A DNA stretch of 64,000 nt, from assembly GCA_937891845.1 (NCBI GenBank), contig CALATP010000064.1, positions 14,567 through 78,566 of the forward strand, in the 5' to 3' direction. The notes beneath the pieces are model-generated. The model searched no databases, was not told the origin of the DNA, and was given only the letters and a program-made list of their open reading frames with translations. Both the position numbers and the translations under genes were made by a program. This DNA comes from an uncultured Porphyromonadaceae bacterium (GTDB lineage: Bacteria > Bacteroidota > Bacteroidia > Bacteroidales > Barnesiellaceae_A). Of this stretch, positions 62,797 through 64,000 are shown piece after piece; position 1 is the first letter of the stretch; every line of letters starts with the position of its first letter.

Positions 62797-63393
62797 ATGA
62801 GAAAGATATTGTATGTAGTGGCAGTGTTAGCCTTGTTGGTGGGCTGCCAAGGAAATAAAGGCAGTAATGCCGAGGTGGTAACTACCGATAGCGTAGCTAC
62901 TGATACCATCGTGCCCGATGAGCGTGGTTATATAGTAGCTGTGGGCGATATGGCTCCCGACTTTACAGCTACCCTTGCCGGTACGGGCGAGCAGGTAACA
63001 CTATCGGATTATCGAGGCAAGCGAGTGGTTATGTTGCAATTTACCGCATCGTGGTGTGGCGTGTGTCGCCATGAGATGCCCGAGATAGAGCGTCAGATAT
63101 GGCAACGACACAAAGATAACGAACGATTTGCGTTGATAGGTATCGACCGCGATGAGCCCGATAGTACCGTGATGGCATTTGCCGAGAAGACGGGTGTGAC
63201 CTATCCGCTTGCGTTGGATGAGGGTGGCGAAATATTCTGCCGTTACGCCCACCGTCTGGCCGGTATCACTCGCAATGTAATAGTTGATACCGACGGTCGT
63301 ATAGTGATGATGACTCGGTTGTATGACGAGGAGGAGTTTGCCCGCATGACACAGGTAATCGATAGCTTGTTGAATGTAACCGATGTACAATAA
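62797..63393 (+). CDS. TlpA/ResA-like thiol-disulfide oxidoreductase lipoprotein (thioredoxin fold)
   Basis: 198 aa with a lipobox (LALLVGCQG) and a redox motif (WCGVC) in a thioredoxin-like context (VVMLQFTASWCGVCRHEMPE). Confidence 0.85.
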   Translation: MRKILYVVAVLALLVGCQGNKGSNAEVVTTDSVATDTIVPDERGYIVAVGDMAPDFTATLAGTGEQVTLSDYRGKRVVMLQFTASWCGVCRHEMPEIERQIWQRHKDNERFALIGIDRDEPDSTVMAFAEKTGVTYPLALDEGGEIFCRYAHRLAGITRNVIVDTDGRIVMMTRLYDEEEFARMTQVIDSLLNVTDVQ

Positions 63394-63413
63394 TATGTAA
63401 AACAGAGGAATCC

Positions 63414-64000
63414 ATGTCGAAGGAACTGCTTGTAAAATATAAGGGCGCAGAGGTGTTGCGCGAGGACTTGCCGGTATTGAAGGATGTAGACTTTGAATTG
63501 TGTGCCGGGGAGTATGTGTACCTGATAGGTCGCGTAGGTAGTGGTAAGAGTAGTCTGCTCAAGACCATGTATGCCGACCTACCCGTTACAGCCGATTGTG
63601 CCGATGTGTTGGGTTATGATATGACCTCGATACGCGAGCGCGATGTACCCTATTTGCGCCGTAAGTTGGGTATTGTGTTTCAAGATTTTCAGTTGCTTAC
63701 CGACCGCACAGTGCGCGACAATCTCGACTTTGTGTTGCGTGCAACCGGTTGGAAAAAGAGCGATGAAATGGAGTCCCGAGTAGAAGAGGTACTCACGCAA
63801 GTGGGTATGTTGAAGAAGGCCTATCGCATGCCCCACGAGTTGTCGGGAGGTGAGCAACAACGCATAGCCATAGCGCGCGCCTTGCTCAATAAGCCTCAGA
63901 TAATACTTGCCGATGAGCCTACCGGCAACCTTGACCCGCAAACCGGTCGCCAAATCGTAGACTTGCTATATCGTATATCGAAGGAGGGTACTGCCGTAGT
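63414..64000 (+). CDS. ftsE: Cell-division ABC ATPase FtsE (3' end truncated by the window)
   Basis: This ORF is absent from the track because it runs off the end. My translation from the ATG at 63414 is MSKELLVKYKGAEVLREDLPVLKDVDFEL. It has Walker A (GRVGSGKSS), Q-loop (IVFQDFQL), signature (LSGGEQQR) and Walker B (ILADEPT). Confidence 0.82.
   Translation, partial: MSKELLVKYKGAEVLREDLPVLKDVDFELCAGEYVYLIGRVGSGKSSLLKTMYADLPVTADCADVLGYDMTSIRERDVPYLRRKLGIVFQDFQLLTDRTVRDNLDFVLRATGWKKSDEMESRVEEVLTQVGMLKKAYRMPHELSGGEQQRIAIARALLNKPQIILADEPTGNLDPQTGRQIVDLLYRISKEGTAV

Noticed and set aside
63579-63953. 124-aa minus-strand ORF at the window end. The ORFs at 63001-63390 and 63266-63568 are similar.
   Set aside because: They are antisense to the FtsE-like ABC ATPase and the TlpA-like gene. 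Both of those have complete canonical motifs on the plus strand.

Overview
This window reads as a Bacteroidota (Bacteroidales-like) chromosomal segment. Supporting signs are T9SS C-terminal sorting domains, lipobox lipoproteins, a DUF1573 protein, BspA-type LRRs and TAnnTTTG-type promoter boxes. I saw no transposase, integrase, CRISPR array or rRNA. There are three blocks. (i) 1-12.8 kb, minus strand: a complete lysine-to-butyrate fermentation operon. Gene order is atoD-kal-kce-kdd-kamA, a P-loop protein, a MutS-like ATPase, then kamD-kamE-atoA-crt-hbd-bcd, and probably etfB starting at the window edge. (ii) 13-45.9 kb: an accessory-looking block made almost entirely of secreted or surface proteins. 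It holds a 2-gene secreted/T9SS pair and a TPR hybrid histidine kinase/receiver/AraC regulator split by a frameshift at a G9 homopolymer. It also holds a 1,198-aa T9SS Ig-like adhesin and a tightly packed 23-kb, seven-gene plus-strand operon. That operon encodes a predicted outer-membrane beta-barrel, a small paralogue, a 4,502-aa giant protein, FN3 proteins, a lipoprotein and a small T9SS-CTD protein. I cannot assign it to any described system, and it is the main candidate for something new. (iii) 46-64 kb: housekeeping genes. These are tRNA-Lys, an AI-2E transporter, tdk, a PrsW-like protease, an esterase, MarR, a hydrolase, ybaK, mazG, topB, a Nudix hydrolase, a DHH phosphoesterase, glmM, tRNA-Pro, a TlpA-like oxidoreductase and partial ftsE. 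They are interrupted by a BspA-like LRR protein with near-identical 69-bp tandem repeats and another T9SS cargo protein. All calls come from reading the ORF translations and DNA by eye and from motif recognition. No database search, HMM or folding calculation was run.
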